DNA of 64,000 bases from Parasitella parasitica NRRL 2501 (GCA_025201805.1 MU619375.1:6828-70827), one strand, 5' to 3'; positions 1-13,039 are shown, counted from the stretch's first letter. Translations and numbers: made by a program. Notes: generated by a model from the sequence alone, not told the origin.

Positions 1-86
1 TTTTTTGCTGCTTCTCTGCTTCGACTACTACGCTATTATTGTTACTATTATATACTCTTATACTTGATTATTTACAATACAAACAG

Positions 87-408
87 GTGAACTTTGTGTT
101 CATTATTGCTGGTATTATACATTATACCTCTTTGATTTTGGGTAAAGTCGATTCTTTCCCTTAAAAACAGTAAATATTACCCACGTTTTCTAAAACACCA
201 TAACTAACACTCTCCTACGCGTTTTCTATAGTATCACTTTTACAAGAAAACAATAAACAAGCTGGTGTGTTTCTGGTGCAGTGGCTCATTCAGGTATTAT
301 CATTTATTATGTTTTTGCAAGAGCTTTTTTACTAACTGAAAAATCTTTTTTGTTCTACATTTGTAGGTTTGGTTCTCTGTTCATGTCAAGTGGATGGCCT
401 ATCATTGA
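87..408 (+). CDS. 3' end (3 exons) of a hydrophobic, probably membrane protein; 5' part lies outside the window
   Basis: Exons 87-141, 232-293 and 367-408 joined by GT-AG introns give a continuous frame VNFVFIIAGIIHYTSLILVSLLQENNKQAGVFLVQWLIQVWFSVHVKWMAYH*. Confidence 0.6.
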
Positions 409-1351
409 AACTTGACATTAGCTCTTTATCCGGGTCATACAGGAACATGTAGGCTGTTTCTACTCATTGACTGTGCTTACCCTAGCAGTTCTTGAAATGG
501 GCCATTTTATCCGAAGCTGTGAAGTGTGGTAAGGCATTTTCCGGCTATTTAGGGTGGGGTATTCATTGAAAATCTACCAATTTCTATTTTTGGTCGAATT
601 TCAAGCCCCGCTAACAACAAAACAGGGGGAAACCCTGTTTTTTTGTTTTTAGGATTTAGTGATTGACTTAGCCAAATTAATCGCGATTTTATGAGAAAAA
701 TAAAGAAAAAAAAATATTAAACGAAACTAGAATATACATAATCTTCCTAATTTGTTTGAACATAGAAAATCAGCATGTCTGTGCTTATATTGAAACGTAA
801 AAAGCTGGTTCCCAAGGAACGTCTAATTTAGTTTTAATACATTATTTTGTGTAAAAATACTTTTATTTGTCGCATCATCGTCCAATATTATCATTTTTAA
901 ATTAGCATTGATGTATTAAGTCTGATAAATCAAGCTTTTTTCAACGAAAAATAATAAGGCTTTGCCTTTTTACCCGTATACCGTTCCTATATATCTTTTT
1001 TAAACATTTGCAATAAACTTACATGTGTTGAACTTTAATATCTGAAGCATATTTAGACGATTAGCTGTTGCATCAGTCTTCTATAAAAGTGATATGCTGT
1101 TCAAGCTCTGTTGCACTGTAGTTGCAAACAAAAAAAGACAATGCGTGGCGAATGATCTTGATGTTTGTCGCGACAGTAACTTACCGATACAGCGACTATT
1201 TAGGTTGAATTTGTATCTATCATTTTGAATCAATTGAGTTTCATATCTGCTTTTGTTGTTCCGTCCGTAAGCAATAATAATGTTGAGGGTTTCGTAAAAC
1301 GAGAAGAAGAGAAGAGGAAGTGAAAACGTGAAAATAAAAACAGTTTGCACC

Positions 1352-1527
1352 ATGATGTATAAATTTTTGCTTCTTTGTAGTGCACATGTTTCACCGTGTA
1401 ATGCACAACGGCGGTACTCCGTAATAGCAAGCGTTATGCCTAGGGCGAAGCTGCTGCCACCCATAGTCTACAGGCTATGGCGTTGCCAATATGTCGGACG
1501 GCATATTGTAGCAATGGGCGTCGCTGA
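1352..1527 (+). ncRNA. Candidate structured RNA (five hairpins, 3-way junction); family unknown
   Basis: GC-rich island with stems at 1380-1406, 1408-1422, 1424-1437, 1461-1480 and 1481-1516; G-U pairs form on the + strand; ATGATG at 1352 and CTGA at 1524. Confidence 0.35.
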
Positions 1528-1998
1528 TAAAATTTGAAATAGCGTATTTAGAAGTACTTTGTCAATGGAAAGTAATATTGAATATGTATAGAAAATATGG
1601 TATAAAGGAAATTTGTAAAACATTTACGAATAGACCTGATAGAGACAGCACAAATATTTTGATTTTGTAGTTCAAGGTGATGGGGACGATATTCAAACTG
1701 ACAGGGATGTCAAGTGGCTTCATTACTTGTAATTTGTTGCGCCACGATATGAAGCTATACTTGTTGATTCTGATTACAAAATCGTGCTATGAAAATGCAC
1801 ACACAATCATAGGAAGTGGCAATGCGGAGAATTTTCGTGCATAGCGAAGCGACAGGTAGGAACAGTAATCGAGCGAGCCTACATTGAATGACGCGTGTAG
1901 TTTGAGCACAGTTACAAGATTTGTTGAGCCCGAAAATAAAAAGATGGGCCTTATTTTGCTTCTTTTTCTAATCAATTCTCTCATTCAAAGATACCAAA

Positions 1999-2472
1999 AT
2001 GGTTTGTTTTATTAGGATTGAAGTAAAAGAAACGGGAGAAATAAACTGATCTTACCATGTGCTTTTATAGCCAAAACCAATATACATTCGAGCTAAAAGA
2101 GAAAAAACGACATTGTTTTTATGTGTCGAAGCAAAAGATACACTCGAACAAGTGAAAACTAAATTATGCCAAGCACTAGGCAATGATAAGACAAATGAAG
2201 AAGTTCGATTACTTGTCGATGGCAAAAAAAAAGGAGAATACTCAGTTTTGGAGAATTCAAAGCAATTGGAAAACAATTTGATGGTGTACTTTGTGTATTA
2301 TGACACAAGCGATGGTAATTTGGCTTTGGCATGATAGGCTCATTGTCTGATTCTATATGTTATTGATGTAGGACTATGGGAAAATGTCCATGTTGTTGAA
2401 CCAGCACTTGATGAAGATATGATAGACGAAGAAGAGGCACCTAAAAAAGAGAAAGGAAAGGGTAGAGCCTGA
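1999..2472 (+). CDS. Small ubiquitin-fold protein, Elongin B-like
   Basis: ATG 1999, introns 2002-2070 and 2315-2371; MPKPIYIRAKREKTTLFLCVEAKDTLEQVKTKLCQAL...GLWENVHVVEP plus acidic/basic tail; resembles EloB [22 protein letters not shown]. Confidence 0.6.
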
Positions 2473-2595
2473 TTGGAAGATGTCGCAAATAAAAAGAAAA
2501 ATCAATATAAATTTGCCTTGTTTCTCTCCTTTTTTCTTTTTTTTTTTTTTTTTTTTTTTTTCCTTGGTTGTTGCGAACTTCCGAAACAAATCAAA

Positions 2596-2843
2596 ATGGC
2601 AACTACGAACAGCATCCGCAGATATTTATCCAAAAAAGTTTATCAGTATGAATTACAGACAGCATTGTACATGTTGGAGCCTTGGGAAAAGATACTCTTC
2701 AGTAAGGAAACTACCAAAAGAAGAGAAGATTTAAAATCTCATGTTGTTCAATAGATTCCATTGCATTATGTCTTCTAAGTCTCTCCATTGCTACACTTTA
2801 TCACTTTACACCAACTATGTTTACTTCTCAAGACGAAATGTAG
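2596..2843 (+). CDS. Serine palmitoyltransferase small subunit (ssSPT family)
   Basis: YQYELQTALYMLEPWEKILFN motif, intron 2702-2754, followed by a hydrophobic helix. Confidence 0.9.
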
Positions 2844-3144
2844 CGTAGAGCTTTGAATTCTACAATACTGTTTCCCAGCCTCCTTTTTACATTTAATAAC
2901 AAACAAACAACTCTAATCCGCACCAGGAAGCCTTTTTGCAGCAGCTTTCACAGCCTCGTATGTTTAGCTTATTTAAAATAAACATCTGAGCATAGTAATC
3001 AAATCTGTGTTATACCGATGAAATCCTCAAGCCATTTAAAATGAGAAGGAATGGTTTAAGCGGAACCGTGTTTATCAATCATAATTCAGTGTAACTAAAG
3101 GCTGTCTACCGTAAGAAAGACCAAATGTACAAATTTTTTTATTT

Positions 3145-6100
3145 TTAGAATACAGTTCTACATAGGGGACAACTAGCTGAATTAGATGATCGGAACCACT
3201 ATAAAAAAAGAGATGAGTATGGTATTCATAGATATACTGTCGATTACGTACCTTGTATAAACAACTGGAGTGAAATTTGTTTTTACATGTTCTACATTGT
3301 TTAGTGGGTATAGATCTATCTTGGATACAGATAATAGAGTAGCAAATGGTACAATCTTCAACGCCATTAAAGTGAAGATTTACATTTCGCTTAAACACTG
3401 TAAGTGCATCGACAATGTTGCCATTTTGATATCCAATGACTGCTGCTACTGCAAACATCCATCCACGCCACTGCTTCTCATTGACACCTACTTTTTGTAC
3501 ACCTTCAACATCGATTTGTCGCAAAGGAAAGTTGCTGGGCATTTTAATGGCAATCTGCATATTCTGGTCATCTACTCTATAAGTTGCAGTTACTTCACCG
3601 GCTGCTTTAAGCGTCTTTACTGTGAATTCGTTTTCATCGTTTTCTTCCAGTTGGGTCTTGATGTCTGGTCGATTGACTAGGTCCATCTCGCTATTGATCA
3701 ACTGCTGGCTAAAGTACTTTTCAGTATACGCTTCAACTGCAATTGTCAATTGACGATGTTTGCAGTCGATCCACCAGAGTCGCACGAGTGAGGGAATGTG
3801 TGTCAGTGCTTTATAGTATAAATGTGACGCCAATACTAGGAAACTCATCTCAGAGGTTGAGTCAAAGCCATCAGTGTCGTACTCTACAATGGACCAAGGT
3901 GTCAGGTCGAATGCTTTACTAGCTTGCTGTTGACCGACGCTCAAGATTTTGCAGATGATAGGCATCAAGTGAGACACGGCTTCTTGATCCTTCAACTGAG
4001 CAGTGTATTCTTGCTTTAATTTGAATGTCTAGCAATATACAGGTGAGTCATGCTATCAAGATGTTCAATTTCGTCTCGCCTACTTACAATGTCCGTGAAA
4101 TGATCAAACATGAGCATCCACGTCAACAGGTATCCAAGCTCTTCGTGGGTAGCGTTCCCTTCAATCCCAACAGATTGCCATCCAGACAAGTCGGGAGGAC
4201 TCAAAATGGTATCAAATACAGCATCATCAATCTCAACATGTGTTTCTTCCTCGCTTGTCTCTGTGAATTCAAGCTTGACGGATAAATCTTGGACTCTATG
4301 AGCTATGTATTTTTTCAGCAAAAGGTATGCACGCTTTTGGAGCACATCGTTAGGGGCATGAATCAATGCATTTAACTGACAATTATATCATTAGTTTATC
4401 GAGTTTCGCTGAACGGTTTATAGAACTTACATCAGCAAAGCACTCGCTCTCAATCAAAGTTTTGTCAGGGATGTGTTCTAATAAATCAGACAAAAGTGTT
4501 TGATACACCAATCTTGCTTGATTTTGCTCGTCCCTCTTTTGTTGCTGCAGATATTTCTGCTCGTTAGTCATCAACTGTAAAAGAGATTTGCTTAATGTAG
4601 GCATAAGGCCTTGTATAGCCGCGCGCAGATCATCATTATCAGCTTCTTCCGAGAGCAAACAGAGGGTTTTGAACAGATCAAGGGCATGGTAAACAACTAA
4701 AAGTTCTTCTGGTTGTGTAGTGTCTGCAAGTGTAATCCAGCCAAAGCAACACTGTAAGAAGAATTCCCAATGGCTACCAGAAATGTCTTGCACAGATTCC
4801 GACAAATGCTTCAGCAGCTGTGCCAACTGAGAGAAGATGCGAGCCTTTTGCTGATCACTGCTAAAATCGGAGTTCTCATCACTCAAGAGAGGTCGAATAC
4901 CTTGAATGAGATACATTACTCTTTGGCGAGGAATATTGAACGAGCCATGCTTGAGAGACGATGCATTCAACAGTGCTAATAGGCCCCAATTCCTCTTCTT
5001 TTTCAAATCAGGGTCTGTCAAATCGTAGTCCAGCTGTTCCAGAGAAGAAATACCAGACAGTTTACTCGATAAATCACTTTGGTAGTGCTTGAAGCTATCT
5101 GTCTTGTCCAGAATTCCTTTGAAAGCGATCAAAATGGCTATCTTGCTCAACAGATCAATTTGGTCTGACTCTGCCTTGATCAAGGGGATCCACTTCTCGG
5201 CATCCGCAGTTTTCCAATCACGTAGGATGACCAGTCTTTGGAGCACTCGTTGTAATAACTGAGCAGAAAGTGCAGGAGTATGGGAAACTTGATTCAATGC
5301 CAATTGAGCTATAAAAGACATTAGACGGTCTTGGTTTTCAGCTTTATTGCCATGGATAGATTGGATAAGATTGTCATTCCAAGAAGAAACATCATCCACC
5401 TCCAAAAGAGCCTCGGTTAACCACTCGCTAAGGACCTGGTTGGCTGATTGAACAAACACGCGGACACCTTCAATAGCCTTGCTCTCCCAAACACGACAAA
5501 CTTCAGGTACCAAAAATCCTTGTTCGCAAGCAATACACGCAATCATCAGTTGGCGAATAACCCAATCATGATTACCATGGGAAAAGAATTCGCGACGAGC
5601 CTGAGTATCCAAAAGGTATTCTCCCCAAAACAAGGCAAATCTGCCAAATGAAGAGAGTCCGTAAATATCGTAAGTGATGGGCCTCAATTCACCAACGTCA
5701 TCCACTAAAGTCTGGACAGATAAAGATGCATAGATATCAACAAGACCCAGAGACAAGTATCCAGTCGTATTTTGCCCTATTGGAGTAGACGACAAGGCGT
5801 TCCAATCCTGCTCAGTTCCCAAGATTGTAGATATACAGGTACTGGATGGCACAGTAGCCAATATCTTTTTCATGCGGCCTACGCTATCAGATGGGCTGGC
5901 AGAATACTGAATATCTGTAACAGACTGTCTCATACGTTCGAGAAGATTGGACTGCAATCCAGTTTCGTTGACCAACGCAAATGCCGCCAAACAATCCCAA
6001 ACTGCCGATGCTCGTTGTGAAATTTGAAGGGACAGTTCTTCGTCGTCCTCAGCCTTTGCTTGCTCTTCTTCCTCGTGAAGTGTCTTTGCAGTGACAAACA

Positions 6101-8882
6101 TGGCATCAAAGAGCTCACAAACGATGTTTCCAGAAATTTTAGTTAATGCGATAGCGTAGTCCTTGTTGTCGACAATTTTTTGTAAAATACTAAGAGTAGA
6201 CAAAGCAGACTTCAATACTTGCACAGCGGGTTCAGGCAGTGCGTGGGTGCTCTTGTCAATATACTGATGACGGTTGAATTCATACAAATTGGATTCCAAC
6301 GTCTTGAAGATAGTAGTAGCACAGGATTCTGATAAGATGCCAAAGGCTGGATTGAAGGTCGGTAAAAATTTCATTCGTACAAAAACTGTGTGTTTCACTT
6401 ACCCAAATGGTGTTTCAAGCTTAAAGATACAATGCTCTCCAAAACAGGGCGAGGTACAATGATGGCGGCTTCGTTTAATTTGATAAGAGTGCATGATTTC
6501 ACAATATTGTCTAACGCATCACAGTGATAACTAGCATCCAGGGTGATATTTTCAGCATGAATTTGCTCCATGACAAGGACAAGTGTGTTGGCGCTGCGCA
6601 ATTCCAGCCCATCTTTGTTGAACATGTCGCTAAGCTTGTTCATTAAAGCATTCCACAGCTGTGCAGATTCCGGTTTACTTTCTAATTTGGTAACGAATGT
6701 GACATAGTAGGATGCTAAAGATGCACACATGCTCTCGGGACCGTCAGCAAGCAGACCCAATAATTGTTCGGTAGCATCAGCAAGCCCCTTGGTTTCCATG
6801 ACAGAGTATACGTTGATTAATTTGTTGGCAAGAACCAGCAATCCAAACGAATTTTCTTTGTGGACAAGGCTGGATTCGACAGAAGCTAGCAGCAGACGTT
6901 TTGCAAGGTCGTTGGTGAAAGCTTTGAGATTGTCGTATTTGGAGTTATCAGTCGCACTGATTTCGTTGGAAATGGCAGATAAAAGGCTACCAGTCTTTTG
7001 ACAAAATATTTGCATGTCCAAAGGTGCTCGAGCGGCAACAGATCCACAATCCACGACGGTTTGAACCAGTAATTCATCCAAATTGGCCCAAAATATCCTC
7101 ATACAGTCCTTGTTGGCATTGTCTACTGAGGCCAAAACAACCAAATGCTTGGCAATAATGGCAAAGCTGTTCACATCCAACTTGTCGTTTATCTTGTTAT
7201 CACGAGAACTCAAAAAGAAAACCTTAATCATGTCCCAAAATGTGCTTTGGATGAGTGTTGACGCAGACTTGATGGATTGCTCGTCGTTTGATTTACTAAA
7301 GAGAACTTTTTAGTCGCTATTTTTGCTACAGTCGATAGGGCTCTTACCTCAATGTGATGGCAAAATAAACGATACACTCGGCATAGGCATTCAAAAAGAA
7401 GTGAAAGTTGCTCTTGTCGATGTATTCCGATGACAAACCCTTCCAAAAGTTGTCAAACACATCTGTATAAAAGTTGGGAGATTGCTTCAGTTCATCCGGA
7501 AGATTGGCCAACAGTGCAAGCATGCTGGGATAAGCAATGTTGACAGAACCATTGAGTCCGTTCCGAAGAAAGTTGTACAATTTTGGCAAGGCAGGCTTTT
7601 TTTGACCAATGATCGTCCAAGAAACTGGCAATTCTATAGTAGGGGGACAAGAAATGTCAAATCAAAAAATTGCTGCTAGATCTGGTTTACCTTCACCTAC
7701 TTTTTGTCATCAACAACAATGCATCCCACATGTCAGAATGAGTAGCTGCATCCTTTTCAGTAAACACACTGGCAAAAAAATGAGGACAAATCAGCTCTAA
7801 TCTGGGCTCTACAACATCAACCCATGATAAAAGCAACGTCTTGAGGAATGCGTACAGTGCTTTGCGAACAACAGGGTTATTGTGCGTGGCAAATTTTTTC
7901 CACATGGTCGTATCATCCAAAATAGTGTCGTATTCATTCTGGCATTTAGATCTCTCCTCAATTGGCAGTACTGTAATCAGATGGGATATAACCTGGAAGC
8001 AGGACGCTACTAAACGAGCATATTTCGAAAGCGAGTCTTCCTTGGACACATATCTAGCATCACTCAATGTCTCTGCCGTCTTGTAGAGTAGCATGTCTGT
8101 AACGTAGTCCAATATCTCTTTTTGGCAGAATGATATCACAACCAATCGTTTTTCAACTGCAAACACAGCCTATGTAAATGTCATTATGACTTGCCATGCG
8201 CATCGTCATATGTCAAACATCATACCTCAAAAGCGTTTTGTGCTGTCTTGGCAACATCTTTGCTCTGATCCTTCATGGAAAGCAGCCAAGGCCCAACGAA
8301 TTCCTTTAAAAGAGGCGCTAACTTCTTTTTGGCATTGACTGTAATCAAAGCGTGCACTTGGTTCGCCACTAGTCGAACACGCCGATCCACTTCCAATACT
8401 AATTTGCTATACATGGCAACCTATCATCAACAAGACATCAGTCTTTCTCTTGTCGACATATCCATTCGCTGCAGCAAAACCATACCCAATTGTGCAATAT
8501 ATGTCCAACAACGTTTCTGTTCAATTGTAAATAGGCTTCCAATTCTTCCAATGCCTTTAATTTGGTGACAGTATCGCGTTTGGAGACCTTTTTCAATATG
8601 ACGACTAGTTCTGGATCCAGGTCTGCCAAAGAAACAGTTTCAAAGGCATCGGATGAAGGCGTCGAAGGGCGAGAGTTGATGATGCCCGATGTGGCAGGTG
8701 TCCCAGCAAACTGAGCAAAACCACCTAGGTTTTCAAAGCTCAAGGAGTGGGCTGAACCGGCGAGTTCGGCAGCTCGACTACCTTTGTGGATTAATATGGA
8801 TACAATGCATGGTAGTATCTTCTTACCTGCTACTAGCAGGCTGCATGTTCCCTTTCACTCTTGGTTTAGTTGGTTTTCCCAT
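3145..8882 (-). CDS. LTN1: Listerin E3 ubiquitin ligase (ribosome quality control)
   Basis: N-terminus MGKPTKPRVKGNMQPASSSRAAEL and KRDTVTKLKALEEL; RWD-like segment IKMPSNFPL; C-terminal RING CTICYSII...CRTCKNKFHSSCLYK/WFRSSNSASCPLCR; multi-exon. Confidence 0.95.
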
Positions 8883-9122
8883 CTTTGTTCCTTTCAGTGA
8901 TATACAGAACGAAAGAAAAAAAAAGGCTTCAAAAGACGACGCAGCACAAGAAATTCAACCAAGTGAATCAAGATCAACCAGTGAAAAAAAAAACAGTACT
9001 CGTTTTTACAGTCATTTCAAATGCCTAGGATTGGTGTGGTGAATCATGCATCTGTGTCAGCAACACCTGCTCCAGGCGAACCGACTGCATAGCAACACTT
9101 TCTGTTTGTAAGAACAAAGCAA

Positions 9123-9146
9123 TGTGTGTGTGTGTGTGTGTGTGTA
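9123..9146. repeat. (TG)n microsatellite
   Basis: About 11-12 TG units. Confidence 0.9.
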
Positions 9147-9579
9147 TTTTGCTAGATTTATGTACATCTGGCACTCATATCAACAACCGAGATCAGGCTC
9201 CAAATCACTGAGAAATGGGGAAACCAAGCTAAACACCATTGAGTATTACATCATACAAACGAAAGCGAAACTATCGTCTTGGCAAACCAGCCAAGTCAAA
9301 TCGGGTTTGAATAGACATCATTTCATTACAAGTGTTCATAAAGAACGAAGCTATCAATACATCCTTATATACGTGTTTCTGGCTCTTGATAGAAAACGGA
9401 ATCAGGGCTGTCTCACACATCCTTGATTTAGGCTCGATGAGAAAGATGCAAAAAGCAGTTATATTTGCATGTAAAAGCACTTGTTTTTGTATTTTAACGT
9501 ATAAAGATCAAGACTATTCTATCCATTGTGCTCGTCCGCGCGTAATAATTTAGCTTCTTTTTTTACTTTGATACATCTA

Positions 9580-10486
9580 CTAGTAGATACCGGGAATGAT
9601 TCTGTATTTGACTTGTTTACAGTATGTTTCCCAATCGTCACCATACTTGGTTCTACATTTATGATCATCTCTGCGCTCACGGTGAAGTAAAAGAATAGCG
9701 AAATAGACGGGATAAAAGTAAGGGATAGGAGTAGCAAACCCACATGGCAAACTCCAAGACAGAGACATGAGCCAATCTCCAAGGTAGTTGATATGGCGAG
9801 ACACACCCCACCAACCAGAAGTAATCAGTTTAGTACCAGCCTTTGTTTGAAGAAATTTGAGCTCTATACATACAATTTTGGCTTAGGTGCTGCGCAACAA
9901 ACGAAAAATCAGATCAAACTTACTTTTAGAAGCTGGGCTGTTGGGAGCAGAACGGAACTCATTCTTTTGGGAATTGGCACTTCTAAAGATGAAATAGCCG
10001 ATAAAGTTGAGTGCAAGGATAGCCCCAAATTCGATCCAGCTAATGCTACGAGGAAAATCAACCAAATAACGAGCTTGCAAGGTGTAGGTAAACGGAACCC
10101 ACGTATACAAACCAAAAGCAAGCATGAACCCAAAGCCGTCTAATAATGCAATTTTCAGCTTCACTTTACTTTTACATACTAGTGACCCGTCTAATTTTAC
10201 CAGTAGTGATATCCATTGTAGTTAAAACAGCTTCCTCGTTCCAAAGAGAGTCAATGACATACCAGGATTGAAAAAATTGGACAAGGCACATGGTGTTTGT
10301 AAGATATCCAAGTTCGTTCCACTGTTTAGCTGCCAGACAGTAATTAAGCACTAGCCATCCAATTAATCCAGGACGAAGTTCAGTGAAGAATTTGATATCG
10401 AAGCTTTCGATGCGAGGATTTAATTCTCTGCCAATCATGAACTACAGTGCTGGATGTTAGCGCATCAAGTCTTTGGAGCTGTCAAA
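9580..10486 (-). CDS. ERG24: Delta-14 sterol reductase (ERG4/ERG24 family); 5' part lost in the assembly gap
   Basis: [49 protein letters not shown]...YRIIPGIY*. Confidence 0.9.
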
Positions 10487-11221
10487 NNNNNNNNNNNNNN
10501 NNNNNNNNNNNNNNNNNNNNNNNNNNNNNNNNNNNNNNNNNNNNNNNNNNNNNNNNNNNNNNNNNNNNNNNNNNNNNNNNNNNNNNNNNNNNNNNNNNNN
10601 NNNNNNNNNNNNNNNNNNNNNNNNNNNNNNNNNNNNNNNNNNNNNNNNNNNNNNNNNNNNNNNNNNNNNNNNNNNNNNNNNNNNNNNNNNNNNNNNNNNN
10701 NNNNNNNNNNNNNNNNNNNNNNNNNNNNNNNNNNNNNNNNNNNNNNNNNNNNNNNNNNNNNNNNNNNNNNNNNNNNNNNNNNNNNNNNNNNNNNNNNNNN
10801 NNNNNNNNNNNNNNNNNNNNNNNNNNNNNNNNNNNNNNNNNNNNNNNNNNNNNNNNNNNNNNNNNNNNNNNNNNNNNNNNNNNNNNNNNNNNNNNNNNNN
10901 NNNNNNNNNNNNNNNNNNNNNNNNNNNNNNNNNNNNNNNNNNNNNNNNNNNNNNNNNNNNNNNNNNNNNNNNNNNNNNNNNNNNNNNNNNNNNNNNNNNN
11001 NNNNNNNNNNNNNNNNNNNNNNNNNNNNNNNNNNNNNNNNNNNNNNNNNNNNNNNNNNNNNNNNNNNNNNNNNNNNNNNNNNNNNNNNNNNNNNNNNNNN
11101 NNNNNNNNNNNNNNNNNNNNNNNNNNNNNNNNNNNNNNNNNNNNNNNNNNNNNNNNNNNNNNNNNNNNNNNNNNNNNNNNNNNNNNNNNNNNNNNNNNNN
11201 NNNNNNNNNNNNNNNNNNNNN
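10487..11221. other. Assembly gap (N run)
   Basis: Continuous N. Confidence 1.
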
Positions 11222-11315
11222 AAAAAAAAAAAAAAAAAAATAGAAACAGAATTTATTTACCACGCAAACGAAAGGCGTCTGTAAGGGGATCCGGGTAGCA
11301 CAGGCACAAGTGTGC

Positions 11316-13039
11316 TTAATCCCTGCCAGTCAGATCATACTGCCTGCGTTTTTTCGCTACATAATCGCAATCATTATAAAGTTAGTGTTGGGCATCGCAC
11401 AAAAAAAAAAGTGAATATTTATACCATCTCGTAATACGCTGTATGCCGATGAAATCTTTTGAAATTTCACTTTCGCCGTTTTCTTTTCCTCAGGATCTGT
11501 GAATCGATCCGGGTGGAATTTCATGGCAAGTCTATCGACGTGTACATTATTGTTAGCTTACGATTGCATTTGTATCTAGAACGACATACCCTCTAAATGC
11601 ACTCTGGATATCTGATTGCGTTGCTGATGGCGCTACACCAAGAGCTTTGTAATAGCCTTTTCGGTCATTTCCTCTTCCACCTTGTTCATTAGATGATGTA
11701 TCGTACCAAGATGATTGCTTTTCTTCTCGCCATGTTCGACGTCTCTCTTGGTCTTCGAATGCAGCATATCCTTTGACCCAATCATCATCCCATGCTGCCG
11801 AATCCTGCGCCATGGATTTAATTTCTTGATTTCTGAGGATATCTCGGACATACAGAGATAATATGGGGTAGTACATGGCTAAGAATGATGTGGCGACTGT
11901 TGGCAGCACTATTCCCAGCTGCAATGTGTAATTGAGTGCTCCGATAGGCTCTTGCTCACTACTAAAATACTTACCCAAAACGAACCACTCGCGCCGCCGT
12001 ATCCAATCCCACCTGTCAAAGTCATTACAGTAGCCATGCCAACGGCAGATACTGCAGCGACACGTTCCCAGTTGTAGACCTTGGTGCCTCCGACAGTTAA
12101 GTCGTAACCGTTGATGAATGTTCTCAATCTCCTGCCCAGGTAGTTGATTGAGAATATGAAAGTCGGATAATATACTGGTGATACACGCACATTTTCCAGC
12201 TGGATGTTGATTTTCAGCAATCTGGTCTCGTCCATTCCATACAGCTTTCTCAGGAAATCATCGGCGAGCGTCTCCTCTGAATTCTGGATATAGCTATTTG
12301 CGAATCTCAGTGCTGTGGCAGGGTAAACGAGGAAAGGATCTACTTTTCGTGCCACATCCTTGTCATCTGTATCCAATAATGACGGCGTAAATGGCACAGC
12401 ATTCTCCAAGGCAGGCCCTGTTGTGATGTGGTCTATTAGCCCACGTCTATATCTATGAGATGCGTAAATCTGAAGCCCTGGGTGAGCTAATGGCACGTAG
12501 TCTCTTGTGAAGCTGTGTTTTTCAGGAACCCAAGCCCAGTCTGTCTCCCACATGGTTTCATTTCGTCTTGTGGCAGGATTATAGCGAGTCCTCATCACCC
12601 TTCTGCCCTGAAAAGTTGATTGATATTAGACCAGGAGAAATTTAAGGATGTGTATGCAATTACATACCACTTGAGCCTGCTCAATCGTGGCATGGACTGT
12701 TGCCGACACCACCCAGAACGGGAGGAAAGCTTGCTCTGGTGGTGATGTTTTAGAAATGCGTGCGGAAAAAAACCCCTTTCCATGATAATCCTCAAAAGTC
12801 TGATTTCACAGCTGCAAACGTCAGTGAAATTCAACATGTTGCATCAATAAAGCCGTGAAAAATCATACCTTTTCGGCTGCTTTAATGTGTTGCGCAAAAG
12901 GGATTGCTTTCAATTTCTCGTTCAAAGGCCCTTTGCTGCTACTTTTTGAGCTTATATTGCGGATAATCGACTTGAAACGCCAATTTGAAGCCCTTGTTTG
13001 TGTCGGCAGCAGCCTTGGTGAGTGAATCAAATAAAGCAT
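11316..13039 (-). CDS. Membrane protein with C-terminal J-domain (HPD) and uncharacterised N-terminal domain; possible mitochondrial presequence
   Basis: YYKALGV...IQSAFR/LAMKFHPDR...FQKISSAYSVLRD/AKKRRQYD; two hydrophobic segments before the J-domain; Arg/Ser-rich N-terminus; start codon uncertain. Confidence 0.8.

Noticed and set aside
961-976. U5 snRNA loop-like GCCTTTTTAC
   Set aside because: One extra T relative to the invariant loop, and no supporting stem.
1405-1545. HDV-like or hammerhead ribozyme reading (GGCGAA; CTGATAA..GAAA)
   Set aside because: P3/L3 is too short for HDV, and the CUGANGA core and stem II are missing.
10447-11298. Long ORFs of X residues
   Set aside because: Artefact of the N gap.
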